From an uncultured Ilumatobacteraceae bacterium (GTDB taxonomy: Bacteria > Actinomycetota > Acidimicrobiia > Acidimicrobiales > Ilumatobacteraceae), in the NCBI GenBank assembly GCA_964565705.1, contig CAZMGD010000003.1, positions 12,799 to 76,798 of the forward strand: a stretch of DNA of 64,000 bases, written 5' to 3'. Shown piece by piece: positions 8,659 to 17,995 of the stretch; positions within the stretch are counted from its first letter, which is position 1, and every line of letters begins with the position of its first letter. Both the position numbers and the translations under genes were made by a program. The notes under the pieces were generated by a model. That model did no database searches and was not told where the DNA came from. It saw only the letters and a list, made by a program, of their open reading frames with translations.

Positions 8659-9565
8659 TCTTTTCGAGAACTCGACTGGCGAACTTCTCGACAGCAGCAC
8701 TGTACGACGCCAGATCGGTGGCGGGCATCGCCACGGCCAGTGCGGTGGCCCCGGCCTCGCGCAGCTGGTGGATCTCGTCGACCAGTTCGCCGGGATCCCA
8801 CTCGCCGCCCCAGATCGTCAGCGCCTTGGGGATCGCGATGACGTCCAGCGCATCGGTGCGACCGGCGGCGGCCTCCATCGCCCGCAGCTCGGCGACGCGA
8901 GCAGCCAGATCGGCGACGGTCTCCATGCCCGGCGTGCCCAGGCGCTGCTCCGACTTCTTCGGGCTGGGCATCGGCGACCAACCGTTGGCGTGGGCGACGG
9001 CCCGGCGCATCGCCGCCTTCGAGTTGCCGCCGACCCAGATCGGCGGATGCGGGCGCTGCACCGGCGCCGGGCGCACCACGGACTGGCGTGCGGTGTAGCC
9101 GACGCCGTCGTGGTCGAACGGCTCGCCCTGCCACGCGAGGCGCATCGCGACGAGCGCGTCGTCGGCCCGCCGGGCCCGGTCGTCGAACGAGGCACCGAGG
9201 GCGTCGAACTCCGGCTGGAGGTAACCGACCCCGACGCCGACGATCACCCGGCCGGCGGACAGGGCGTCGAGGCTGGCGACCGCCTTCGCCGCCAGCAGCG
9301 GGTTGCGGTAGCCGAGCACGAGCAGGTTGAGGTGCAGCCGCAGCGTGGTGGTCGCGGCGGCCACGAAGCTGAGCGCGACGAACGGATCGAGCGTCTCGTG
9401 GCCGGTGGTCAGCCACGCCGCGTCGGGCGCGGGGTGATCGGTGACGAACACGGCGTCGAAGCCCGCCTGCTCCGCCACCCGGGATGCGGCGGCGATGCCG
9501 GCGGCCGTGCACAGCGTGCCGGACGGATCGGGGCGGTCGATGGGCAGGCTGACGGACACCTTCAT
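8654..9565 (-). CDS. Luciferase-like (LLM class) flavin/F420-dependent oxidoreductase
   Basis: Real start is MKVSVSLP (ATG 9565), giving 303 aa. The rest of the 605-aa track ORF is a frame shadow. LLM hallmarks: FDAVFVTDH, LNLLVLGYRNP, RPHPPIWVGG. Confidence 0.85.
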   Translation of the reverse strand: MKVSVSLPIDRPDPSGTLCTAAGIAAASRVAEQAGFDAVFVTDHPAPDAAWLTTGHETLDPFVALSFVAAATTTLRLHLNLLVLGYRNPLLAAKAVASLDALSAGRVIVGVGVGYLQPEFDALGASFDDRARRADDALVAMRLAWQGEPFDHDGVGYTARQSVVRPAPVQRPHPPIWVGGNSKAAMRRAVAHANGWSPMPSPKKSEQRLGTPGMETVADLAARVAELRAMEAAAGRTDALDVIAIPKALTIWGGEWDPGELVDEIHQLREAGATALAVAMPATDLASYSAAVEKFASRVLEKI

Positions 9566-9579
9566 GGGTCGATCCTCGC

Positions 9580-10563
9580 TCAGAGGTGTGGCAGCACCTC
9601 GTGCTGGAGCAGTTCGAGGCTCTCCCACGACCACTCCGGATCGATGCCGCCCATCAGCGGGTGCAGGATCAGCCCCTGCGCGCCCTCCGGCATCGCCTGG
9701 ACCATCGCGATGGTCTCGGCCGGGGTGAGGATCTGGTACACGCCCTCCCGCCGCATCGCCTCGACCGAGTCGGCCTTGCTCTCGGTCATCGACGGCGTGT
9801 CCTCGGTCTGCCACGACGAGAACGCTGCCGCGTCGTGCACGGCGAGCGGGCCGATGCGGGCCCAGTCGCGCTCGGGGTCGTTGCTGACGTGCAGGAAGTT
9901 CGGACCGCTCGGCCGGGAGATGAACACCGGCGCGTTGCCGCTGCGCTCGCACTCCTCGTGGTACGCGGCCTCGATCGCCGGGTCGAAGTAGCTGGGGATC
10001 ATGCCCATCCCGAGCCGGGCGGCGCGGCGGGCGGCGATCGTCGACGAGCCGCCCATCACCTGGATCGGCCCGCCCGGCGTGACCGGCGACGGCTGCACGC
10101 GCACGGTGCGGCCCTCGTACTCGAACGGCTCGCCCGTCCAGGCCTGGCGCAGGACGTCGACGACCTCCTCCAGGCGCTTGCCGCGGCGGTGGAAGTCCGA
10201 GTGCAGCACCTCGAACTCGAGCTCGCGGTAGCCGATCGCGAACGTGACGATCACCCGGTACGGTCCGGCGAGGTTGTCGAGCGTGGCGAGATCCTCGGCG
10301 AGGCGGATCGGGTCCCACAGTGGGGCGACGACCGCGGCGACGGTGATCGGGATCCGTTTCGTCGCCCCGGCGACAGCGCCGCCGACGACCAGCGGCGAGG
10401 GCATGTAGCCGTCGTCGGTCACGTGGTGCTCGCTGAGCGAGATCGTCGTGAACCCTTGAGCGTCGGCCCACCGTGCCTGCTCGATCATCGCCGAGTAGAG
10501 CGCGCTGTGCGGCGCCCCCTCCGGTGCCCGGCGCATGTCGTAGCGCAGCGTGACGTCGACCAT
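9580..10563 (-). CDS. Luciferase-like (LLM class) flavin/F420-dependent oxidoreductase
   Basis: 327-aa ORF with GFTTISLSEHH, VTFAIGYRELEF and GGPIQVMGGSS. Confidence 0.85.
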   Translation of the reverse strand: MVDVTLRYDMRRAPEGAPHSALYSAMIEQARWADAQGFTTISLSEHHVTDDGYMPSPLVVGGAVAGATKRIPITVAAVVAPLWDPIRLAEDLATLDNLAGPYRVIVTFAIGYRELEFEVLHSDFHRRGKRLEEVVDVLRQAWTGEPFEYEGRTVRVQPSPVTPGGPIQVMGGSSTIAARRAARLGMGMIPSYFDPAIEAAYHEECERSGNAPVFISRPSGPNFLHVSNDPERDWARIGPLAVHDAAAFSSWQTEDTPSMTESKADSVEAMRREGVYQILTPAETIAMVQAMPEGAQGLILHPLMGGIDPEWSWESLELLQHEVLPHL

Positions 10564-10596
10564 GTGTGTATCCCCCGAGGTGTGTTGGTGAACCGG

Positions 10597-11247
10597 CTAC
10601 AGCGTGCGGCCGGTGAGTGTCTGGTAGATGATCGCGGTGATCGTGTCGGCCAGGCGTTCGCGGGTCAGACCGCGGCGCTCCATCGACGTCTCGTAGGCGA
10701 GCAATCGCTCGACCATCGCGACCATGGCCGATCCGGCGGCGAACGCTTCGATCTCAGGCGACACCCGGCCGGCGGCCTGTCCGTCGCGCACCGACTCGGC
10801 CATTGGCTCGACCAGCATGACGTTGGATCTGCGTCGCGCGTCGCGGAAGCGGCGATCGCCCTCCTCGGCCTTGAGGTTGCGGATGCGCAGCACCGCGTGG
10901 TGCTCGTCCCAGAACTTCAGGTAGGCGTCCACGAAGTCACGGGCCCGAGCGGGGCCGTCGGAGCCACCCCAACCACCGTTCAGGTGGTCGACGAGCGGAC
11001 GCTCGTGGTCGGTGGCCTCGTCGGCGAGGGCGAGGATCGCAGCGTCGACGTCGGCGAAGTACTGGTAGAAGGTCGCCGGCGAGGTGCCGACTTCGCGGGT
11101 GACATCGACGACCTTGAGCTCCATGACCCCGCGCTCCTGGAGGAGGCGGGCGGTGGTCTCGAGCAACCGGCGCCGGGTGTGTTGGGCCCGGGCACCGATC
11201 ACCCGGCCATCGGCGGCGAGCACCTCGTTCGTCATGGTGCCGGTCAC
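10597..11247 (-). CDS. TetR/AcrR family transcriptional regulator
   Basis: N-terminal HTH (RRRLLETTARLLQERGVMELKVVDVTREVGTSPATFYQYF). GTG start. A type-1 palindrome lies 14 nt upstream. Confidence 0.9.
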   Translation of the reverse strand: MTGTMTNEVLAADGRVIGARAQHTRRRLLETTARLLQERGVMELKVVDVTREVGTSPATFYQYFADVDAAILALADEATDHERPLVDHLNGGWGGSDGPARARDFVDAYLKFWDEHHAVLRIRNLKAEEGDRRFRDARRRSNVMLVEPMAESVRDGQAAGRVSPEIEAFAAGSAMVAMVERLLAYETSMERRGLTRERLADTITAIIYQTLTGRTL

Positions 11248-11260
11248 GTTACTGCGCGTT

Positions 11261-11277
11261 TCTGACGGGGCGTCAGA
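11261..11277. promoter_or_regulatory. Type-1 operator-like palindrome, site 1b (TCTGACGGGGCGTCAGA)
   Basis: Perfect 6+5+6 inverted repeat located between the TetR start (11247) and the SDR stop (11284). Confidence 0.65.
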
Positions 11278-11283
11278 TCCTGT

Positions 11284-12183
11284 TCAGGCGCCGTAGACCG
11301 GGCCGGGCGTCGGGGCCTCGGCGATCAGGTCGGCGACGATCGCGCCCACCTCGTCGGGGTCGTAGCGGGCACCCTTGTCGAAGGGCTTGCCGTGCTGCCA
11401 GCCGTCGGCGACGCTCAGCTCGCCGCCGGCGATCTCGAACATCCGCCCGGTCACGTTGCACGCCGACGAGCCGAGCCAGACGACGATCGGTGAGATGTTG
11501 GCGGGATCCATCGCGTCGAAGCCCGACTCGGGCTTGCGCATCATCTCGGCGAACGCATCCTCGGTCATCCGGCTGCGCGCGGACGGGGCGATGCCGTTGG
11601 CGAGGATGCCGTAGCGGCCGAGCTCCACCGCGGCGGTGATCGTGAACCCGGCGATGCCGGCCTTGGCCGCGACGTAGTTGGCCTGGGAGACGCTGCCGAA
11701 CAGGCCGGCGCCCGACGTCGTCGTGACGATGCGGGCCTCGACCGGCGTGCCGGCCTTGGACTGCGCCCGCCAGTGGTCGATCGCGTGGCGCACCGGGCAG
11801 AACATGCCGCGCAGGTGCACCTTGATGACCGCATCCCACTCGTCGACGGACATGTTGACGATCATCCGGTCGCGCACGATGCCGGCGTTGCAGACGAGCG
11901 TGTCGATGCTGCCGAACGTGTCGATCGCCTGCTGGATCAGGCGCCCGGCGCCGTCCCAGTCGCTGACGTCGTCGCCGTTGACGGCGGCGCGCCCGCCGGC
12001 GGCCTCGATCTCGTTGACGACCTCCTGCGCGGGGCTGAGGTCGGCGCCCTCGCCGCCGAGCGTGGCGCCGAGGTCGTTGACGATGACCGCCGCGCCCTCC
12101 GCGGCGAAGGCGAGTGCATGCGCTCGGCCGAGCCCGCGCCCACCGCCGGTGATGACGACGACGCGCCCGTCACAGATTCCCAT
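11284..12183 (-). CDS. SDR family oxidoreductase, MFE-2/Hsd4A-like hydroxyacyl-CoA dehydrogenase type
   Basis: VVVITGGGRGLGRAHA, VIVNDLG...GEGAD, and YVAAK catalytic Tyr/Lys. Confidence 0.85.
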   Translation of the reverse strand: MGICDGRVVVITGGGRGLGRAHALAFAAEGAAVIVNDLGATLGGEGADLSPAQEVVNEIEAAGGRAAVNGDDVSDWDGAGRLIQQAIDTFGSIDTLVCNAGIVRDRMIVNMSVDEWDAVIKVHLRGMFCPVRHAIDHWRAQSKAGTPVEARIVTTTSGAGLFGSVSQANYVAAKAGIAGFTITAAVELGRYGILANGIAPSARSRMTEDAFAEMMRKPESGFDAMDPANISPIVVWLGSSACNVTGRMFEIAGGELSVADGWQHGKPFDKGARYDPDEVGAIVADLIAEAPTPGPVYGA

Positions 12184-12195
12184 CTTGTTCTCTCC

Positions 12196-13161
12196 TCAGA
12201 GGTTGTCGGCGTACGCCTCGGCCAGCGTGTCGCTGTTGGCGAAGTGGGTGTCGAGCACGCAGGCCCGCTTCCAGTAGCGCTGGGCGTCGACCTCCCACGT
12301 GTAGCCCATGCCGCCGTGCACCTGGATGCAGTTCTTGCCGCAGAACAGTGCGCCGTCGCCGGCGAGCAGCTTGGCGGCGGTCGCCGCCTGCTCGTCGGGG
12401 GTGCCGTCGCCCTTCCCGTCTCGCGTCACGCCGGCCGCGTACACCGCCGCGCGCACGACCTCCGTGCGCGTGAGCATGTCGGCGAGCAGGTGCTTGACGG
12501 CCTGGAACTGGCCGATCGGGCGGTCGAACTGGCGACGCTCGAGCGCGTACTTGCTGGCCAGCTCGACGGTCGCCTCGCACATGCCGAGCTGGAGCGCGGA
12601 CGTCAGGATCAGCCCGTCGATGCGCCAGGCGGCAGCCGTGTCGGCGTCGGCCACCTGCTCTCCGGCGGGCAGGTCGGCGGTGACGAACGAGACCGGGGTG
12701 AGCGCGTCGAGTGGACGCTCGGCGGTGACCGCGGTGACCGCACCCGGGTCGATCCGAGTGATCCCGGTCGACGACAGCACGAGGAGGTCGTCGAGCGAGC
12801 CGAGGTGCTCGATCACGGTGACCGGCTCGGACTCCTGCACGAGCCCGACGACGCGGCTGCCGTCGGCGGCGCCTGTGCCGAGATCGCCGGGCAGCGATGC
12901 GGCGAGGTGGCTGGCGACCAGCGGCCCGGGCGTCAGCGCCCGGCCGAGTTCGGCGAACGCGAGCACCGCTTCGGACGTGCCGAAGCCGTCGACGCGGAGG
13001 CTGAACACGCCGAGCTCGGCGAGCTCGGACCACAGGCCGCGGTCGATCGCGCCGTCGTTCAGCTCGATCGGGTGGAGGATCTCGAGCGGTGCCCGCCCGG
13101 TGAGGAACGACCGGATGCCGTCGCGCAGGGCGACCTGGTCGTCGGTGAGCTCGAAGTCCAT
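12196..13161 (-). CDS. Acyl-CoA dehydrogenase, short beta-type subunit
   Basis: Real start is MDFELTDDQ (ATG 13161, 321 aa), overlapping the upstream stop by 1 nt (TGATG). ACAD C-terminal motifs: RRQFDRPIGQFQAVKH and QVHGGMGYTWE. Confidence 0.85.
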   Translation of the reverse strand: MDFELTDDQVALRDGIRSFLTGRAPLEILHPIELNDGAIDRGLWSELAELGVFSLRVDGFGTSEAVLAFAELGRALTPGPLVASHLAASLPGDLGTGAADGSRVVGLVQESEPVTVIEHLGSLDDLLVLSSTGITRIDPGAVTAVTAERPLDALTPVSFVTADLPAGEQVADADTAAAWRIDGLILTSALQLGMCEATVELASKYALERRQFDRPIGQFQAVKHLLADMLTRTEVVRAAVYAAGVTRDGKGDGTPDEQAATAAKLLAGDGALFCGKNCIQVHGGMGYTWEVDAQRYWKRACVLDTHFANSDTLAEAYADNL

Positions 13162-14399
13162 CAGCGACCTCCTGCCGGACTCGTCGCCGGTGGTTCCTTG
13201 GGCATGCCGAGCACCCGCTCGGCGACGATGTTGCGCTGCACCTGCGAGGTGCCGGCGGCGATCCCGAGCGACAGCGCACGGATGCGGGCGGCGACGTGGC
13301 GGTGCGTGGAGAGCGTGCCGTTCGGCGTGGGCACGTCGTCGATCGACAGCGATGCCCGGTCGAAGAGGTGCATCGCCAGGTCGCCGAGGCGCTGACGCAG
13401 TTCGGCGTACGCCAGCTTGAACACGTTGCCGCCCGGGCCGACGAGGCCCGTGCGCTGGGCCTGCGAGATGTTGCGCTTGGTCAGCGCCCAGAGCGCGTCG
13501 AGCTCGGCCGACAGGCGTCCGATGTCGCGGCGCAGGCCGCGGTCGTCCCACGCTGCGACGCCGTGGCGGGTCAGCGACTTGGCCATGTCGGCGAGGTCGC
13601 GCACGGCCTCCATCGCCTCCAGCATCTCGCTGACGAAGGCCGTGCCACGCTCGAAGCTGAGCGTCACCATCGTGACCCGCCAGCCGTCGTTCTCGCCGCC
13701 GACGCGGTTGGCGACAGGCACCCGCACCTCGTCGAAGAACACCTCGCAGAACTCGGTGCTGCCCTCCATCGTGCGCAGGCGCCGGACGTCCATGCCCTCG
13801 AGGCCCATCGGCAGGATCAGCCAGGAGATGCCGCGGTGCTTGGGCGCCTCGGGATCGGTGCGCACGAGCATCTCGCAGTAGTCGGCGGTGTGGCCGAAGC
13901 TCGTCCAGATCTTCTGGCCGCTGATCACGTAGTCGTCGCCGTCGCGCACGGCCTTGGTGCGCAGGCTGGCGAGGTCGCTGCCGGCTTCGGGCTCGCTGAA
14001 GCCCTGGCACCAGACGTGCTCGCCCTTCAGGATCGCCGGGAGGTGGAACGCCTTCTGCTCGGGCGTCGCCTCGGCGATCAGGGTCGGTCCGGCGTGCAGC
14101 AGGCCGACGAAGTTCATGCCGACGTACGGTGCGCGGGCGCGCTCGGTCTCCTCGAGGAAGATCAGGTGCTCGGCCGGTGTGGCGCCGCGGCCGCCGTACT
14201 CGGCGGGCCAGTGGATGCCGGCGTAGCCGCCCTCGAACAGCATCCGCTGCCAGTTCGTGTCGTAGACGCGCCGAGCTTCCCAGTCGTCACGGTCGGGCTC
14301 CGGGGGTACCTCCGGCAACACCTCGGCCAGCCAGGCCCGCAGGTCGGCCCGGAAGGCCTCCTCTTCATCGCTGTAGCGCAGATCCACGTGTCTCGTCAC
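13161..14399 (-). CDS. Acyl-CoA dehydrogenase, alpha-type subunit
   Basis: 412-aa ORF with WPAEYGGRGAT, WCQGFSEPEAGSDLA, GQKIWTS and GTSQVQRNIVAERVLG. Confidence 0.9.
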   Translation of the reverse strand: MTRHVDLRYSDEEEAFRADLRAWLAEVLPEVPPEPDRDDWEARRVYDTNWQRMLFEGGYAGIHWPAEYGGRGATPAEHLIFLEETERARAPYVGMNFVGLLHAGPTLIAEATPEQKAFHLPAILKGEHVWCQGFSEPEAGSDLASLRTKAVRDGDDYVISGQKIWTSFGHTADYCEMLVRTDPEAPKHRGISWLILPMGLEGMDVRRLRTMEGSTEFCEVFFDEVRVPVANRVGGENDGWRVTMVTLSFERGTAFVSEMLEAMEAVRDLADMAKSLTRHGVAAWDDRGLRRDIGRLSAELDALWALTKRNISQAQRTGLVGPGGNVFKLAYAELRQRLGDLAMHLFDRASLSIDDVPTPNGTLSTHRHVAARIRALSLGIAAGTSQVQRNIVAERVLGMPKEPPATSPAGGR

Positions 14400-14423
14400 C
14401 CCTTCCTGCGGGCCGCGACCGTA

Positions 14424-14440
14424 TCTGATACACCGTCAGA
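14424..14440. promoter_or_regulatory. Type-1 operator-like palindrome, site 1c (TCTGATACACCGTCAGA)
   Basis: One mismatch. Centred in the 64-nt divergent region between starts 14399 (-) and 14464 (+). Confidence 0.6.
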
Positions 14441-14463
14441 AACGGGAAGCGGCTCCGGGGGAG

Positions 14464-15906
14464 ATGATGGACGAACGCTGGCCGGTGGTGGTCGGTCTGG
14501 GTGAGATGGTGCAGCGCGACGGCGTGTTCGACGCGGCCGGGCTGATGACCGAGAGCCTGCGCGCGGCGCGATCGGACGCCGGGCCCGGGCTGACCGAGCC
14601 CGATCTGGTGCTCGCGCCGCGGGGCATGTGGACGCACCCCGATCCCGGTCGGGCCGCAGCCCTGGCCACCGGTTCGCCGTCGGTACGATCGATCGTCGCC
14701 GAGATCGGGGTGCTCCAGACCACGTTGTTCCAGCGCTCGTTCGCCGAGATCCTCGCCGGCACGGCTTCGGTGGTCGCGGTCGTCGGGGGCGAAGCTCGCT
14801 ACCGTTCGGTGCGCGGCGGCGAGGAAGCACCGGGGGAGGGCGAGCCCGACGAGGTGCTGCGACCGACCAGCGAGATCATCACCCGGCTCGAGGTTGCGCG
14901 TGGCCTGGGCGTGCCCGCCCACCAGTACGCGCTGATCGAGTCGGCGCTCGCCCACCGCGCCGGCCGCACCCCGACCGAGCAGACGGCCGCGCTGGGCGAG
15001 CTGTGGGCGCTCGGTGCCACCGCGGCGGCGCGCAACCCGGGTGCCTGGCGGCGCGACGCACCGGACGCGGCGACGATCGCCGGTCCCGACGGCGGCAACC
15101 GGATGATCGCCACGCCCTACCGCAAGTGGCTCGTCAGCGACTGGACCGTCGACCAGGCGGTCGCGTTCGTGATCACCTCCGCCGGCGCGGCCCGCGCCGC
15201 GGGCATCCCCGAGGAGCGCTGGATCGTGCCGGTCTCGGCCGCTGTCTCCAACCACATGGTGCCGCTCAGCGAGCGAGCCGACATCGGGCGGTATCCGGCG
15301 ATGGAGGCGATCGGCGAGGCGCTGGTTGCAGCGGGCGTGCCGGCCGGCGACGCCGATCTGCGGGAGATCTACAGCTGCTTCCCCGCCGCCGTGCAGGTGC
15401 AGTGCGCTGCCCTCGGCATCGACCCGTGGACCGGGTGGACCGTCAGCGGCGGCATGACGTTCGGTGGCGGGCCACTCAACAACTTCGTGCTGCAGTCCAC
15501 CGCCGCCGTCGCTCGCGCGCTGCGAGCCGGAGCCGGCCGCACCGCGCTCGTCACCGCGGTCAGCGGGATGATCACCAAGGTCGGTGCCGTCGCCTGGCAG
15601 GTGGGCCGTCCCGTCGATTCGGCGGATGCCGCCGCCCTGTCGATCGACGTCACGGACGAGGCCGCGGCCCGCACCCCGACGTGCGCGGTCGACGCCGCCC
15701 TTCAGGGGGAACTGACGGTCGTCGCCCACACCGTCGTCCACGACAAGGGTGAGCCGTCCCGAGCGATCATCTTCGCCGAGGACGCTGCCGGCACCCGCAC
15801 CATCGCCACCTCCACCGCCCCCGAGGTCATCCAAGCCTGCACCGCCCGCGACCTCGTCGGCACGACGGCGACGGTCGAGCACGCCGAGGTCACCGCCCTC
15901 GCGTGA
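14464..15906 (+). CDS. Thiolase-like (SCP-x/Ltp-type) protein lacking the nucleophile Cys, with a C-terminal ~90-aa extension
   Basis: Thiolase-fold C-terminal pattern (EIYSCFPAAVQVQ, GGMTFGGGPLNN). The position of the usual CxSG nucleophile reads EIGVLQT. Confidence 0.65.
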   Translation: MMDERWPVVVGLGEMVQRDGVFDAAGLMTESLRAARSDAGPGLTEPDLVLAPRGMWTHPDPGRAAALATGSPSVRSIVAEIGVLQTTLFQRSFAEILAGTASVVAVVGGEARYRSVRGGEEAPGEGEPDEVLRPTSEIITRLEVARGLGVPAHQYALIESALAHRAGRTPTEQTAALGELWALGATAAARNPGAWRRDAPDAATIAGPDGGNRMIATPYRKWLVSDWTVDQAVAFVITSAGAARAAGIPEERWIVPVSAAVSNHMVPLSERADIGRYPAMEAIGEALVAAGVPAGDADLREIYSCFPAAVQVQCAALGIDPWTGWTVSGGMTFGGGPLNNFVLQSTAAVARALRAGAGRTALVTAVSGMITKVGAVAWQVGRPVDSADAAALSIDVTDEAAARTPTCAVDAALQGELTVVAHTVVHDKGEPSRAIIFAEDAAGTRTIATSTAPEVIQACTARDLVGTTATVEHAEVTALA

Positions 15907-15938
15907 AGCATCCGGTTGGTCCTGCCCAGGACGACGGC

Positions 15939-15981
15939 ATGGGCGCGCCACGCACCCTTAGAGCGTGCAGACCGCGCCCAT
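15939..15981. terminator. Nested stem-loop between convergent genes (no T-tract)
   Basis: ATGGGCGCG...CGCGCCCAT (9 bp) encloses CACGC...GCGTG. Lies 33 nt after stop 15906. Confidence 0.4.
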
Positions 15982-16009
15982 ACAAGCCCTGACACCGCCA
16001 TCGATGTTT

Positions 16010-16026
16010 CGCGAGCGCAGCGAGCC
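16010..16026 (-). repeat. Dispersed 17-mer, reverse-complement copy of GGCTCGCTGCGCTCGCG
   Basis: CGCGAGCGCAGCGAGCC is the exact reverse complement of the copy at 31308..31324. Confidence 0.7.
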
Positions 16027-16044
16027 ACCAGTGGAGCGAGCCAG

Positions 16045-16803
16045 CTAGCTCGTCACGCCGGTGTCGATGGGGACGATGCTGCCGCTCATGAAGCGGGCCT
16101 CGTCGCTGGCGACGAACGCGAAGCCGGCGGCGAGGTCTTCGGGCTCGGCGGTGCCCATCGGCGTCATCGTGCGGGCCAGCTTCTTGAAGCTCGCACCCTC
16201 GGGCACCGTGTTGGCGAAGCCAGGGATGATGTTCGTGTTGGTCGGGCCCGGCGCGATCGCGTTGACCCGCACACCCTGGTCGAGGTACTCGAAGGCCATC
16301 GCCTTGGTGAGCATGACGACGCCGCCCTTCGACGCGCAGTAGGCGGCGCTCCACGGCTGGCCCGAGATGCCGGCGTTGGACGCGGTGTTGACGATGTTGC
16401 CCTTGCTCTCCAGCAGGTGGGGCAGGGTGTAGCGGCTGACGAGGAACGTGCCGGTGAGGTTGGTGGCGATCGTCTCGTCCCACCCCTCGACCGTCTCCTC
16501 GTGGCTGAGCGCGAAGTGACCGAGACCGGCGATGTTGAGCACGACGTCGATGCCCCCGAGCTCGGCGACGACCGAGGCGATCATCGCCTCGACCGCGGCT
16601 GCGTGGCTGACGTCGCACACGTACGCGGTGGCGGAGCCGCCGGCTTCGGTGATCGCGCCGACCGTCGCGGCGAGCCCTTCGGCGTCGCGGTCGACGGCGG
16701 CGACGTGGCCTCCCTCGGCGGCGAAGCGCTTGGCGGTGGCCCGGCCGATGCCCGACGCGGCGCCCGTGCAGACGATGCGCTTGCCTTCGAAGCGAGCCGC
16801 CAT
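16045..16803 (-). CDS. SDR family oxidoreductase
   Basis: 252 aa with IVCTGAASGIGRATA, NTASNAG and YCASKGGV. Its start overlaps the upstream stop by 1 nt. Confidence 0.9.
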   Translation of the reverse strand: MAARFEGKRIVCTGAASGIGRATAKRFAAEGGHVAAVDRDAEGLAATVGAITEAGGSATAYVCDVSHAAAVEAMIASVVAELGGIDVVLNIAGLGHFALSHEETVEGWDETIATNLTGTFLVSRYTLPHLLESKGNIVNTASNAGISGQPWSAAYCASKGGVVMLTKAMAFEYLDQGVRVNAIAPGPTNTNIIPGFANTVPEGASFKKLARTMTPMGTAEPEDLAAGFAFVASDEARFMSGSIVPIDTGVTS

Positions 16804-17912
16804 CAGAAGGTCAGCACGCCGCGGGCGAGGTTGCCGCCCTCCATCTCGTGGATGACGGTCTCGTATTCCTCGAGCGGGTAGGTGGCCGAGACAAGCTCAT
16901 CGAGCTTGACGAGTCCGCGGCGATACAGGTCGATGATGAACGGCATGTCGCGGTGCGGCGAGTAGCTGCCGGCGCGGGTGCCGACGAGTCCACGATCCAC
17001 CTGGGTGAGGCGCGTGTAGATGCCCTCGTACCGGGCGTCGGGGGCCGGCACGCCGATGACGACGCACGTGCCACCCCAGTCCAGGCTCTCCAGCGCGTTC
17101 ATCGTGACGGTCGGGTGGGCCACCACGTCGAACGCCCAGTCCATGCCTCCGGCGTTGAACGGGCCACGGACCTGCGAGTCGCTGTAGGGCCGGAGGGCTG
17201 CGATCTGCTCGACGATGTCCGACGCCTTGCCGTCGAGGAAGTGGGTCGCGCCGAACTGGAGGGCGAGCGCTTCCTTCTTCGGCTCGGTGTCGACGGCGAC
17301 GATCGTCGACGCGCCTTGCACCTTCAGCGCCTGGAGCACGTTGAGCCCGACACCGCCGACGCCGAACACGACGGCGGCGTCGCCGTCGCGGACGTTGGCC
17401 CGGTTGAACACGGCACCCATGCCGGTGACGACGCCGCAGCCGACGAGGGCCGCCGACGTCAACGGCACGTCGTCGTCGATCTTCACGCACTGCGTGTCGC
17501 GCACGAGGGTGTACTCGCCGAACGCGCTCGTCGACGCGAAGTTCCACACCGGCTCGCCGCCCATGCTGAACGGCTGCGTGGGGGCACCGATGCTCTTGCG
17601 GCAGCGGGCCGGCTGGCCGTCGCCGCACTGCTTGCACACACCGCAAGACGCCAGGGTGGCGATCATGATGTGGTCGCCCTCCTGCACGTGGCTGACCGCG
17701 GAGCCGACCTTGTCGACGATGCCGGCGCCCTCGTGACCGCACACGGCAGGAGCGGGCACGACCCCGGCGTAGAGCCCGGTCATGAAGCTCACGTCGCTGT
17801 GGCAGAAGCCGGCAGCAGCCATCTTGACGACGACCTCGCGCGGGCCCGGATCGCGGACCTTCAGGTTGTCGACCAGCTTGGTCTCCGTACCGTCGTAGAC
17901 GATGCCTCGCAT
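16803..17912 (-). CDS. Zn-dependent alcohol dehydrogenase (MDR superfamily)
   Basis: Real start is MRGIVYDG (ATG 17912, 369 aa), with a GAGGGGG RBS. Motifs: GFCHSDVSF, CGHEGAGIV, CGVCKQCGDGQPARC and VFGVGGVG. Confidence 0.9.
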   Translation of the reverse strand: MRGIVYDGTETKLVDNLKVRDPGPREVVVKMAAAGFCHSDVSFMTGLYAGVVPAPAVCGHEGAGIVDKVGSAVSHVQEGDHIMIATLASCGVCKQCGDGQPARCRKSIGAPTQPFSMGGEPVWNFASTSAFGEYTLVRDTQCVKIDDDVPLTSAALVGCGVVTGMGAVFNRANVRDGDAAVVFGVGGVGLNVLQALKVQGASTIVAVDTEPKKEALALQFGATHFLDGKASDIVEQIAALRPYSDSQVRGPFNAGGMDWAFDVVAHPTVTMNALESLDWGGTCVVIGVPAPDARYEGIYTRLTQVDRGLVGTRAGSYSPHRDMPFIIDLYRRGLVKLDELVSATYPLEEYETVIHEMEGGNLARGVLTF

Positions 17913-17958
17913 CCCAGACCCCCTCAGGCTGTGGCCCCTCTGGCCGGCGGCGAGCGTA

Positions 17959-17975
17959 TCTGACGACCCGTCAGA
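17959..17975. promoter_or_regulatory. Type-1 operator-like palindrome, site 1d (TCTGACGACCCGTCAGA)
   Basis: Perfect inverted repeat 47 nt upstream of ADH start 17912. Confidence 0.65.
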
Positions 17976-17995
17976 CGGATCAACCGGGCCAGGCG

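Noticed and set aside
6899-9991. 1030-aa plus-strand ORF, together with similar giants such as 3439..4857 (-), 11773..13395 (+), 41607..43793 (-), 43715..45781 (-) and 52044..54470 (+).
   Set aside because: They run antisense to or out of frame with genes that have clear family motifs. They are Arg/Gly/Pro/Ala/Asp-rich with no recognisable domains. This is the usual stop-codon-poor shadow ORF of high-GC DNA.
8654-10471. Track ORFs that fuse a real gene to upstream non-coding or other-frame sequence: 605 aa here, and also 12196..14010, 16803..18152, 18563..20773, 25272..26891, 35925..37976, 39930..43781, 51544..53796 and 58234..59709.
   Set aside because: Family homology begins at an internal ATG/GTG that also has an RBS or a 1-4-nt overlap with the upstream stop. 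The N-terminal extensions are low-complexity shadows. Genes were trimmed accordingly.
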